DNA of 64,000 nt, from the NCBI RefSeq assembly GCF_041679265.1, contig NZ_JBGFSM010000008.1, positions 124,877-188,876 of the forward strand, read 5' to 3'. Positions 21,647 to 30,752 of the stretch are shown here, in pieces. Position 1 is the stretch's first letter, and every line of letters begins with the position of its first letter. The notes under the pieces were generated by a model that was not told the origin of the DNA, did not search any database, and saw only the letters and a program-made list of their open reading frames with translations. Both the position numbers and the translations under genes were made by a program. The DNA comes from Zunongwangia sp. H14. Its GTDB lineage: Bacteria; Bacteroidota; Bacteroidia; Flavobacteriales; Flavobacteriaceae.

Positions 21647-22863
21647 GAAAATTTTTAAACCAGCTGGGTCCGGGTGTATTAGTCTCTGCGGCTTTTATAG
21701 GCCCGGGTACGGTTACTGTTTGTACGCTGGCTGGTGTAAATTTTCAATATGGTTTGCTCTGGGCCCTGTTGCTCTCTGTTATTTCCTGTATTGTACTTCA
21801 GGAAATGGCGGCAAGAGTGGGTTTAATCTCTCAAAAAGGCTTAAGCGACTGTATAAGGGACGAGATTAAACATCCCGGGCTTAGGCTTCTTTCCCTGGTG
21901 CTTATCTTCGCTGCCATAGCAGTGGGAAATGCGGCTTACGAGGCAGGAAATATTACCGGTGCAGTACTGGGAATGGAAGCTTTTTTTGGAAGCGGCAATT
22001 TTGCCGTTGGTGGATTACAATTAAACTTCTGGAGCCTTATTGTTGGAGCGGCTGCTTTTACGATGCTGGCTATTGGAAATTATAAAATTCTGGAAAGGAT
22101 CTTTATCGCTTTAGTAGTTTTGATGAGCTTTTCTTTTCTCATTACAGCGGCCATTACCAAACCAGATTTGTCAAAAATCATGCATGGCCTTATTCCCTCC
22201 GCAAATTCTGCTGAATTATTAACTGTAATCGCTCTTATTGGTACTACCGTAGTTCCTTATAATCTTTTTTTACATGCCTCCCTGGTGAGTGAAAAATGGA
22301 AAAATGCACGTGATCTGCCTGTTGCCCGTAAAGAACTCATTATTTCCATAATTCTTGGTGGGCTGGTTTCTATGGCTATAGTCATTTGCGGTGCATCTTC
22401 AAATCTTAATCAGGTTTCTTCAGCAGCAGATATGGCGGCAGGCCTGGAACCCTTATTTGGCAAAACGGCAACGTTTTTTATGGCCATTGGACTGCTGGCA
22501 GCGGGCATAACTTCTTCCATCACCGCGCCACTTGCAGCAGCTTACGTGGTTAAAGGCTGCCTTGGGTGGTCTGCCGGAATGAATTCCTTTAAGTTTAAAG
22601 CAGTCTGGGCGCTGGTCCTTTTGCTGGGTGTGCTATTCTCTTCTTTAGGTCTAAAGCCTATCCAGATTATCCGTTTCGCGCAAATTGCCAACGGAATATT
22701 ACTGCCTGTCATTGCAATTTTCTTATTTTGGGTGGTAAACCAAAAATCGGTGCTTGGGAGGTATCGCAATAATAGGCTGCAAAACAGTATTGCAGTAATT
22801 ATTATTGGCATTGCATTCTTCCTGGGCTTAAAATCGATTTATGTGGTGATCTCAAATTTTTAG
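21643..22863 (+). CDS. Nramp-family divalent metal cation transporter
   Basis: N-terminal GPG motif (LGPGVLVSAAFIGPGTV) and the 11-TM Nramp fold. It overlaps the preceding stop by 4 nt. Confidence 0.75.
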   Translation: MRKFLNQLGPGVLVSAAFIGPGTVTVCTLAGVNFQYGLLWALLLSVISCIVLQEMAARVGLISQKGLSDCIRDEIKHPGLRLLSLVLIFAAIAVGNAAYEAGNITGAVLGMEAFFGSGNFAVGGLQLNFWSLIVGAAAFTMLAIGNYKILERIFIALVVLMSFSFLITAAITKPDLSKIMHGLIPSANSAELLTVIALIGTTVVPYNLFLHASLVSEKWKNARDLPVARKELIISIILGGLVSMAIVICGASSNLNQVSSAADMAAGLEPLFGKTATFFMAIGLLAAGITSSITAPLAAAYVVKGCLGWSAGMNSFKFKAVWALVLLLGVLFSSLGLKPIQIIRFAQIANGILLPVIAIFLFWVVNQKSVLGRYRNNRLQNSIAVIIIGIAFFLGLKSIYVVISNF

Positions 22864-22866
22864 AAA

Positions 22867-23604
22867 ATGAAGAAAATCCATATTAACTGCGACCTTGGAG
22901 AAGGTGCAGCCTTTGATGCCCAACTAATGCCTTTCCTCTCTGCCTGTAACATTGCCTGTGGTGGGCATGCTGGGGACGAGGAGAGCATTAGAAGAACCAT
23001 AGCGCTTGCCATTGCCAATAATGTAGAAGTAGGGGCACATCCTTCTTATCCCGATAGAGAAAATTTTGGACGCAAATCCCTGGAGATATCTGCTGAAGAT
23101 CTTAAAGCGTCCATCAAGAGCCAGGTGAAACTGCTGCAAAAAATAGCCGGAGAAAGAGGGGTAAAGCTAACGCATGTAAAACCTCATGGCTCGCTTTATA
23201 ACGATGCGGCAAAAGAGGAAAAAATTGCTCAGCTGGTCCTGGATTCTCTAAGCGATATTGAAGGTGATTTTTCGCTTTACGCACCATTTGGATCTGTGAT
23301 ATCCCGGCTTGCAAAAGGGAAATTTAAAGTGGTTTTTGAAGCTTTCGCAGACAGAAATTATACGCAGGATCTGCAACTTGTTTCACGTGCAAATCCTGAA
23401 GCTGTTTTGCATGAAAAGGAAGCGGTTTTCAGGCATATTTTTAGCATGTATTCTGAAGGAAAAATAAAGGCCATAAATGATGAGGAAATCTATATAAAAG
23501 CCGACACTTTTTGTCTTCATAGCGACACTAAAAATTCAGTTGAAATCCTTAAGTTTTTAGATCTAAAATTGCAGGAAAATAATATTAAAATCGCAAAGTT
23601 ATGA
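22867..23604 (+). CDS. pxpA: 5-oxoprolinase subunit A (LamB/YcsF family)
   Basis: MKKIHINCDLGEG N-terminus and LamB/YcsF fold. It is followed by the B and C subunits with overlapping stops and starts. Confidence 0.8.
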   Translation: MKKIHINCDLGEGAAFDAQLMPFLSACNIACGGHAGDEESIRRTIALAIANNVEVGAHPSYPDRENFGRKSLEISAEDLKASIKSQVKLLQKIAGERGVKLTHVKPHGSLYNDAAKEEKIAQLVLDSLSDIEGDFSLYAPFGSVISRLAKGKFKVVFEAFADRNYTQDLQLVSRANPEAVLHEKEAVFRHIFSMYSEGKIKAINDEEIYIKADTFCLHSDTKNSVEILKFLDLKLQENNIKIAKL

Positions 23605-24335
23605 ACGGTAAATTTCCTAAAATTTCCCCAATGGGAGAGCGGGCAGTTCTGGTAGAATTTGAGCCGGAAATAAGCCAGGAAGTGCTGGAGAAAGTACTTT
23701 TTTATAAAGATAAAATCTCGCTTCTTTATCATGAAGTAAAACTTGAAGTAATTAACACATATAACTCGTTATTAATTAAGTACATTTCATCTATAGAAGA
23801 CCTCTATGGTGAAATATTAACAATTAAAACCCTGTTTCAGGAGGATGCAGTTTCCAGATATTCTAAGGCCAGGCTTTATCAACTACCCGTATGTTACAGT
23901 AAAAAATTTGGCCTGGATCTCCAATTGATTTCCGAAGAGAAAAAGATGGAAACACAGGAGATCATTCGGTTGCATTCCAATACCATTTTTACGGTCTACT
24001 TCATCGGTTTTTTACCCGGCTTTTTGTACCTTGGCGGCCTACCTGAAGAACTCTATATTCCGCGGAAAAATGAACCGAGACTGGCCATAGAAAAAGGTGC
24101 GGTTGGCATAGGTGAAAAACAAACGGGAATCTATCCGCAATCCAGCCCAGGCGGCTGGCAGATTATTGGTAATTGCCCGGTGCCATTCTTTGATAAAAAC
24201 AAGCTTCCGCCGTGTGAAATTTCTGCCGGGGATAAAGTGAAATTTTATCCTGTTTCTGAAGAGGAATTTGAGCAGATTTCCGAAGATATAAGTAATGGAA
24301 ATTTCAAATTAAAATCGGAAAAATATGATGGGTGA
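23601..24335 (+). CDS. pxpB: 5-oxoprolinase subunit B (KipI / allophanate hydrolase subunit 1 family)
   Basis: Carboxyltransferase domain (cyclophilin-like). Translationally coupled to pxpA and pxpC. Confidence 0.7.
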   Translation: MNGKFPKISPMGERAVLVEFEPEISQEVLEKVLFYKDKISLLYHEVKLEVINTYNSLLIKYISSIEDLYGEILTIKTLFQEDAVSRYSKARLYQLPVCYSKKFGLDLQLISEEKKMETQEIIRLHSNTIFTVYFIGFLPGFLYLGGLPEELYIPRKNEPRLAIEKGAVGIGEKQTGIYPQSSPGGWQIIGNCPVPFFDKNKLPPCEISAGDKVKFYPVSEEEFEQISEDISNGNFKLKSEKYDG

Positions 24336-25197
24336 AATTGAAGTTTTACAGCCGGGGTTATATTCCTCAATCCAGGACCTTGGAAGAGCAGGATTTCAGA
24401 AATATGGAATTCCGCAAGGGGGAGCAATGGATATTTATGCCGCTAAAACAGCAAACCTCGTCTTAAGAAATAAAGCTAAAGATGCTGTTCTTGAAATTAC
24501 CCAGATGGGCCCCAAGCTAAAATTTACTCAGGCTGCCAAAATTGCCATTTCGGGTGCAGACTTATCGCCAGTTGTAGGTGGGAAAACTGTAGCGCAAAAC
24601 ACAGTAGTAAAAATCAATAGTGGGGAGACCTTATCTTTTGGAAGAAGAAAATCGGGCTGCCGTGCTTATTTAGCTGTACAGGGAGGGTTTAAAACTGAAA
24701 AAATATTTGAAAGCAGGAGCTGGTATAACGGGATAAGCAGTTTCAGTAAACTTGAAAAAGGAATGAGGCTGAAATTTGAGGTTAATGATACAGAAAAGGC
24801 AGAAACCTTTGCCGGGGTAAAGCCCTTTTCAGGATATATTACTGCAAACCATATTGAAGTTTACCCGGGACCGGAGTATGATGCCTTAACTGATGCGCAG
24901 AAATTGCTTTTAGAAAAAACCGAATATGGCATTAGTAAGGACAATAACCGTATGGCCATACAGCTGCTGGAACCGCTGGTAAACGAACTGGATGCTATTA
25001 TTACCGGCCCGGTACTGCCGGGAACAGTCCAGCTTACCCCTTCAGGAAAAATGATTGTTCTTATGAAAGACGCTCAAACCACCGGGGGATATCCGCGAAT
25101 ACTTCAGCTAAGCGAAAATGGGATGAATACTATTGCTCAGAAGGTGATGGGGGAAAGGTTCAGCTTTAAAATATTACATTATAAAGAAGACAGATAA
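24325..25197 (+). CDS. pxpC: 5-oxoprolinase subunit C (KipA / allophanate hydrolase subunit 2 family)
   Basis: The MGEIEVLQPGLYSSIQDLGR N-terminus is typical of the family. The start overlaps the pxpB stop. Confidence 0.7.
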   Translation: MMGEIEVLQPGLYSSIQDLGRAGFQKYGIPQGGAMDIYAAKTANLVLRNKAKDAVLEITQMGPKLKFTQAAKIAISGADLSPVVGGKTVAQNTVVKINSGETLSFGRRKSGCRAYLAVQGGFKTEKIFESRSWYNGISSFSKLEKGMRLKFEVNDTEKAETFAGVKPFSGYITANHIEVYPGPEYDALTDAQKLLLEKTEYGISKDNNRMAIQLLEPLVNELDAIITGPVLPGTVQLTPSGKMIVLMKDAQTTGGYPRILQLSENGMNTIAQKVMGERFSFKILHYKEDR

Positions 25198-25442
25198 ATA
25201 AAAAGTGCCGCTTCAGCAATAGAAATAATAAAGACCCTACTCAACATTATTTCGTGCTTCTGCGACACCTTTTTTCCCCAAAACACTTTAGCTAACTAAA
25301 ATGACTATGTAAAAGTACTTTGGGAATATTCTCCCTACAAGGGGAAAAATCCCCTTATTTGATATTTAGGTTTGATGTTTTTAAAGAAAAAGCTAGTTTT
25401 ACGTTAACAAAATTTTAAGCATTATTAAAATAAAAACGGTAG

Positions 25443-25820
25443 GTGGCAAAACCATTACAAAGGATTAGCGTGCAAGCAGCTAAGGAGCTTCAGGAAAGAT
25501 GGAGGAAAACAAGAAGCGAAGTAATTACCAACGGAGAAAAACATAAAGATACCTGCGAGTTTCAATTTAATCTTGATGAACTACAGGAGTATCTTGATTA
25601 TGTAAGGCAAAAATCTGCTGAACAGGGTATACAAAATCCCGGAATTAGTATCTGGTTGGGAGCTTATGCGAAAACTGAAAAAAAACCGGGTTTAACAACC
25701 TTGTTCTTTTCTGCCACAAAAGAAATTGAAACCCAAGACGGCGGTTACGAAGAAAATGAAGATATAGAGCCGTGTAACGAAGTAACCGGCAAATGGCCGC
25801 CAGAACCCTACGGCGGATGA
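25443..25820 (+). CDS. hypothetical small acidic protein (GTG start in the ORF track)
   Basis: 125 aa ORF with no recognisable domain. It overlaps the next gene by 4-28 nt. Confidence 0.3.
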   Translation: MAKPLQRISVQAAKELQERWRKTRSEVITNGEKHKDTCEFQFNLDELQEYLDYVRQKSAEQGIQNPGISIWLGAYAKTEKKPGLTTLFFSATKEIETQDGGYEENEDIEPCNEVTGKWPPEPYGG

Positions 25821-26563
25821 AAGATTTACTTGATTATATTATTGCCCACAATTTCTATTATACCTTTTTGTGTGAAATAATAGCTGCTGCCTGCGGCAGT
25901 TATTACCTTATAAAAAATTCCTGCACATCCAGGGAACTGCGGTGGTTTGTCTATTACCTGTGGCTGGTTTTTATTGTAGATTTATCTGGCACCTATGCGA
26001 TTTGGGCCTATCTTGATAATTACGAAACTTTGCCTTCTTTAAAAGATTCTGTTTTTGCCCGTAATACCTGGTTGTTCAATATTTTAAAAATTATTTCTTT
26101 TTTAGCTTATTGTCAACTTTTTATCTTTCAGTTAAAAAATCCGACAACAAAAAAAATACTTAAAGTCTCTCTGGTTTTATACGTGATATTTGGCATTTAT
26201 CAATGTTTTGCTTCTGAAGTTTTCTTTACGGATTATATAGTGATAAACTCCTTTGTAGGAACATTTTTGCTACTAATATGTATAGGCGCGTATTTTTATG
26301 ATATGCTAACCAGTGACAAAATACTTTACTTCTCAAAAAATGCCGTTTTTTACATTTCACTGGGGGCATTGGTCTGGCATCTGGCTTATATGCCGCTCAA
26401 TATTTACAATGCCTATTTTAATGAGGGCAATTTATATTTTATAGAAGTATATGCCTCCGTCCTTAGTTATTCCAATATTTTCATGTATTCGTTATTTGGC
26501 TTCGGATTTCTTTTTAGTTCCCGGAAGAAAAATGAAAAAGTAGTGAAAAGCATGAGATTCTAA
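25817..26563 (+). CDS. polytopic membrane protein (~7 predicted TM segments), LiaF-position accessory of the downstream two-component system
   Basis: Hydrophobic segments throughout (YYTFLCEIIAAACGSYYLI, WFVYYLWLVFIVDL, and others). The start could be ATG at 25793 or 25817. Confidence 0.55.
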   Translation: MKDLLDYIIAHNFYYTFLCEIIAAACGSYYLIKNSCTSRELRWFVYYLWLVFIVDLSGTYAIWAYLDNYETLPSLKDSVFARNTWLFNILKIISFLAYCQLFIFQLKNPTTKKILKVSLVLYVIFGIYQCFASEVFFTDYIVINSFVGTFLLLICIGAYFYDMLTSDKILYFSKNAVFYISLGALVWHLAYMPLNIYNAYFNEGNLYFIEVYASVLSYSNIFMYSLFGFGFLFSSRKKNEKVVKSMRF

Positions 26564-26593
26564 ACTGCCCTATTAGGCGGGATAAACATTTGT

Positions 26594-27427
26594 TTGTATT
26601 TTTGGCAACAACCTGCCTTAATGCTTGAAAAAGAACAAATACTGCTTATAATTTATTTTATCCTGGTAATCTTGTTTCTGGCGGCTTTTACGGTGATTTT
26701 CTTCATTACTTATCAAAAGCGGAAAAATAAACTTTTACAGGAAAAGTTTGAAACTGAAAAGCGCTACGAAGAAGAAATTACTAAATCCCGAATAGAAATC
26801 CAGGAGCAGACTTTAATGAACGTAAGCCGGGAATTGCACGATAATATTGGCCAGTTACTGTCAGTTGCTAATCTGCAGCTGAATATCATGGCAAAAAGCA
26901 GGGAAAATCCTGAGAATGAAAATTTGCTGGAGATAAAGGAAATAGTGAGCACCTCTCTGCAGGAGGTGCGTGCCCTTTCAAAATCTTTGAATAATGAAGT
27001 GGTTGGTTATGCCGGGCTTAAAGAGTCGGTGAGAAATGAGTTACAGCGTTTTCAGCGCCTTAATATCTTAAAGACGCTCTTCAAGGTTTCAGGAGAAGAA
27101 TTTGAGATCAGGGAAAATGATGAAATTGTATTGTTTAGAATCCTTCAGGAATTTTTTACAAATGTCATTAAGCATGCGAATGCAACAAAACTGATGGTAA
27201 ACTTCAGATATTCCGCAGAAAATCTCCTTATTGAAATAGAAGATAACGGAGTGGGATTTAATCCAGAAGAAATTAAAAAAAGTTCCGGCCTGCTGAATAT
27301 GAAAAGCAGGGCAGCGTTAATAGGGGCAGCGTTTAACCTGAATTCCCTGCAGGAAAGTGGAACTTCTTTATCTTTACAATATCCAGCTAACCAATCACAA
27401 TATGAAGCAAAAGATCATAATCGTTGA
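26594..27427 (+). CDS. sensor histidine kinase, HisKA_3 family with a single N-terminal TM and no extracytoplasmic sensor domain (LiaS/DesK-like)
   Basis: H-box (SRELHDNIGQLLS) and HATPase_c N/G boxes (IEDNGVGF). There is only one TM helix (LLIIYFILVILFLAAFTVIFFI) before the DHp domain. Confidence 0.8.
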   Translation: MYFWQQPALMLEKEQILLIIYFILVILFLAAFTVIFFITYQKRKNKLLQEKFETEKRYEEEITKSRIEIQEQTLMNVSRELHDNIGQLLSVANLQLNIMAKSRENPENENLLEIKEIVSTSLQEVRALSKSLNNEVVGYAGLKESVRNELQRFQRLNILKTLFKVSGEEFEIRENDEIVLFRILQEFFTNVIKHANATKLMVNFRYSAENLLIEIEDNGVGFNPEEIKKSSGLLNMKSRAALIGAAFNLNSLQESGTSLSLQYPANQSQYEAKDHNR

Positions 27428-28031
27428 TGATCACACCCTTTTTGCGCAATCGCTACATGGGCTAATCAGGTCTTATCAAAATTTTGAAGTGCTTAAAGTG
27501 CTTAAAAACGGAGAGGAACTAATTAATTATCTTGAGGCGGGAAATCTTCAGCCGGATCTTATTCTTCTGGATATAATAATGCCCGTAAAGAATGGGGTGG
27601 AAACCATGAAGTGGTTAAAGGAAAATTTTCCCGATCAAAAAGTACTTGCCTTAAGTATGGAGCATGATGAAAAAACAATTATTACCATGCTCAAGATGGG
27701 CTGTCGGGGGTATTTGTTGAAAGATATTGATCCTGATGAATTTCTGCATGCCCTGAGTTCAGTAATGAATACCGGCTATTATTACAGCAAAGAGATTTCT
27801 GAACTGGTTTTAAACGACCCAAAAGAAAATGATTTTGATATTACCAGGCGTGAAAAGGAATTTCTTTCTTTAGCCTGTACTGAAATGACTTATAAAGAAG
27901 TTGCTGATAAAATGCAATTAAGCCCAAAGACCATTGATGGTTACCGGGAAAGCCTTTTTGGGAAACTGGATGTGAAGAGCAGGACAGGACTGGTTCTTTT
28001 CGCGATAAAGAACAATTTCTACCAGGTATAA
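27402..28031 (+). CDS. response regulator, NarL/LuxR family
   Basis: Receiver domain (KIIIVDDH, LILLDIIMP) and LuxR HTH (TRREKEFLSLACTEMTYKEVADKMQLSPKTID). The start overlaps the kinase stop. Confidence 0.85.
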   Translation: MKQKIIIVDDHTLFAQSLHGLIRSYQNFEVLKVLKNGEELINYLEAGNLQPDLILLDIIMPVKNGVETMKWLKENFPDQKVLALSMEHDEKTIITMLKMGCRGYLLKDIDPDEFLHALSSVMNTGYYYSKEISELVLNDPKENDFDITRREKEFLSLACTEMTYKEVADKMQLSPKTIDGYRESLFGKLDVKSRTGLVLFAIKNNFYQV

Positions 28032-28121
28032 AATTTCTGCGGCAGTTTTTTCATAAATGCTTTTTATTTCGCAATCACTCTTTTAGGCAGTATCTTTGCA
28101 ATTAATAAACGAAAAAGAAAA

Positions 28122-29645
28122 GTGATAGAATCAGCAAAAATAGAGTTAAGAAACCTGCGTGTTAAAGATTATGAAGAATTAAAGATATCCATGATAAAGA
28201 GTTATCATGCGATGCCTGATGAATACTGGTCTAAGGGAGAGATCAAAACCTTGATCAACAAATTTCCTGAAGGGCAGTTATGTATTGTTATAGATAACAA
28301 AATTGCCGGTTGCGCCCTTTCTATAATTGTAGATTATAATAAGTTTGATGATAATCACAGCTATGAAGAAATTCTTGGCGGCGAAAATTTCTCTACTCAT
28401 ACCAAAAATGGAAATGTCCTGTACGGAATAGATGTTTTTATACATCCCGAATTTCGTGGAATGCGCCTGGGAAGAAGGCTTTATGAGGCAAGGAAAGAAT
28501 TGTGCGAGCACCTTAATTTAAAGGCCATTGTATTTGGAGGACGTATCCCTAATTATTCCAAATATGCCAGCGAATTAACTCCTAAAAAATATATAGATAA
28601 GGTGAAATTACAGGAAATTCATGATCCTGTTCTTTCTTTTCAGCTTTCGAATGATTTTCATGTAAAAAAAGTGATTAAAGGCTATTTGCCTGGAGATCAT
28701 GAAAGTAAGGAGTATGCCACTTTAATGGAGTGGAATAATATTTACTATACCAAGCCGCAAAACCTTGTAAATACTACCAAAACTGTAGTAAGGCTGGGGT
28801 TGGTGCAGTGGCAGATGCGGTTGTTCAAAGATTATGATGCCCTGGTCTCCCAAATTGAATTTTTTGTAGATGCCGTGAGTAATTACCAGAGTGATTTTAT
28901 TCTTTTTCCTGAATTGTTTAATGCCCCGTTAATGGCGCAGTTCAACGATCTTTCTGAACCGGAGGCTATTCGTGGCCTATCAGGGTATACAGAGCGTTTG
29001 CTGGAAACTTTCAGGGAATTTGCCATAAATTATAACATCAATATTATCACCGGGAGCATGCCGCAGGTAATAGGGGAGCACATGTACAATGTAGGTTTTT
29101 TATGCAGAAGGGATGGCAGCTACGAGCGTTATGAAAAACTCCATATCACTCCCGCAGAAGAATCGGCTTGGGGTATGAAAGGCGGTAATAAACTGGAAAC
29201 CTTTGATACCGATTGTGGTAAAATTGGGGTTTTAATTTGCTATGATGTGGAATTTCCTGAAGTTTCCCGGATCCTGGCAGAGGAAGGCATGAATATTCTT
29301 TTTGTTCCTTTTATGACCGATACCCAAAATGGTTATTCCCGTGTTAAAATTTGTGCCCAGTCCCGTGCTGTGGAAAATGAGTGCTACGTAGCCATAGCAG
29401 GCTCTGTGGGGAATCTTCCCAAAGTGAATAATATGGATATCCAGTATGCCCAAAGTGCGGTGCTCACCCCTTCAGATTTCGCCTTTCCGGTTAACGGAAT
29501 TAAAGCGGAAGCCACCCCGAATACCGAAAGCACTTTACTGGTAGATGTAGATTTGGATTTGCTGAAAGAATTGCACAATTTTGGAAGTGTAAGGAATATG
29601 AAAGATCGCAGAAAAGACCTTTATTCCCTGAAAAAGAAAAAATAA
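28122..29645 (+). CDS. bifunctional GNAT N-acetyltransferase / carbon-nitrogen hydrolase (nitrilase superfamily) protein
   Basis: N-terminal GNAT motif A (IHPEFRGMRLGRRLYE). The C-terminal CN-hydrolase has the catalytic Cys in GVLICYDVEFPE and Glu in FPELF. Confidence 0.75.
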   Translation: MIESAKIELRNLRVKDYEELKISMIKSYHAMPDEYWSKGEIKTLINKFPEGQLCIVIDNKIAGCALSIIVDYNKFDDNHSYEEILGGENFSTHTKNGNVLYGIDVFIHPEFRGMRLGRRLYEARKELCEHLNLKAIVFGGRIPNYSKYASELTPKKYIDKVKLQEIHDPVLSFQLSNDFHVKKVIKGYLPGDHESKEYATLMEWNNIYYTKPQNLVNTTKTVVRLGLVQWQMRLFKDYDALVSQIEFFVDAVSNYQSDFILFPELFNAPLMAQFNDLSEPEAIRGLSGYTERLLETFREFAINYNINIITGSMPQVIGEHMYNVGFLCRRDGSYERYEKLHITPAEESAWGMKGGNKLETFDTDCGKIGVLICYDVEFPEVSRILAEEGMNILFVPFMTDTQNGYSRVKICAQSRAVENECYVAIAGSVGNLPKVNNMDIQYAQSAVLTPSDFAFPVNGIKAEATPNTESTLLVDVDLDLLKELHNFGSVRNMKDRRKDLYSLKKKK

Positions 29646-29665
29646 AGAAGTTTTTTATCGATCAC

Positions 29666-29710
29666 AAAAATGCCAGCTTTTTATCTGTTATAGAAAGCTG
29701 GCATTTTTTC
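29666..29710. terminator. bidirectional rho-independent terminator
   Basis: AAAATGCCAGCTTTttatctgttatagAAAGCTGGCATTTTTTC lies between convergent genes. Confidence 0.7.
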
Positions 29711-29728
29711 TATCGGGAATCAGTTCTG

Positions 29729-30583
29729 CTATTTCTTCAATTTCTTGATAATGGCAATCACATCTTCATCGCCTAAATCTGCTTCGGCATTTTTAAAAGT
29801 TTCATAAGCGGTATTTCCTAGAGGGAAATCCAGCCCGCTTTCTTTGGCAAGCCGTAGGTCTTTAGTAAGATGGGTAAGGGTAAAAGCGGCATCATAATCT
29901 TTATTTAAAATAGAATTTCCTTTTAGCTTAACAAAAGAACTGCCCAGGGCGCTGTTATTTATAATCTCGAAAAGGGCACTTTTTTCCACTCCCATTTGTT
30001 CAGAGAATTGGGCAACCTCGGCAAGGCCCTGAGTAACGATACCTAAAAAGGTATTTACAGCAAGTTTGGCGGCATTCCCATGGCCCGTATCTCCAATATA
30101 AATAACGGCCTTTCCTATTTGCTCCAAAAGGGGTTTAACCTCATCAATAACTTCTTTTTTACCTCCCGCGATAATTACGAGGCTGGCTTCTTCAGCCTGT
30201 TTTACACTACCTGAAACCGGGGCATCCACGTATTTTGCTTTCTTTTCCTCAAGCCCAGAAGCCATTTCTTTGCTTACTTCAGGAGAAACGGTGCTCATGT
30301 TTACGATGATCTTTCCTTGAACCTCGCCTGCTAAAATTCCTTCTTCTGAAGTAAAAATTTCCCGTACGGCATCATCGTCAGAAACCATCAAAAATACGAT
30401 ATCGCATTCTTCCACCAGTTGCCTGGGATTGGATGCTGTAGATGCGCCGTCTTTTTCTAATGGTGCTTCCTTTTTGGCGGTTCGGTTATACACGCTTAGC
30501 TTATGCCCGGCTTTTAAAAGTTTTTCTGACATTGGTTTGCCCATTTTTCCCAGGCCAATCCATCCAATTTTCTTCTTCATCAT
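29729..30583 (-). CDS. NAD(P)-dependent oxidoreductase, 3-hydroxyisobutyrate dehydrogenase family
   Basis: N-terminal GWIGLGKMGKPMSEKLLKAGH dinucleotide-binding motif and the 6PGDH-like fold. Confidence 0.8.
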   Translation of the reverse strand: MMKKKIGWIGLGKMGKPMSEKLLKAGHKLSVYNRTAKKEAPLEKDGASTASNPRQLVEECDIVFLMVSDDDAVREIFTSEEGILAGEVQGKIIVNMSTVSPEVSKEMASGLEEKKAKYVDAPVSGSVKQAEEASLVIIAGGKKEVIDEVKPLLEQIGKAVIYIGDTGHGNAAKLAVNTFLGIVTQGLAEVAQFSEQMGVEKSALFEIINNSALGSSFVKLKGNSILNKDYDAAFTLTHLTKDLRLAKESGLDFPLGNTAYETFKNAEADLGDEDVIAIIKKLKK

Positions 30584-30752
30584 ATTAATTATTATATTAT
30601 TTTTTATTCATTCTTTAATAAGTTGGAGAAAAGGGGAATTTAAATATGCTATTATGCCATCAAGCATGCCTCAATTGGTAGGGTTTAAGCAATAAACAAG
30701 ATAGCATGATACCTGCTGTAACCGGTATATATTTTAATGCTTCCGCGGAAGA

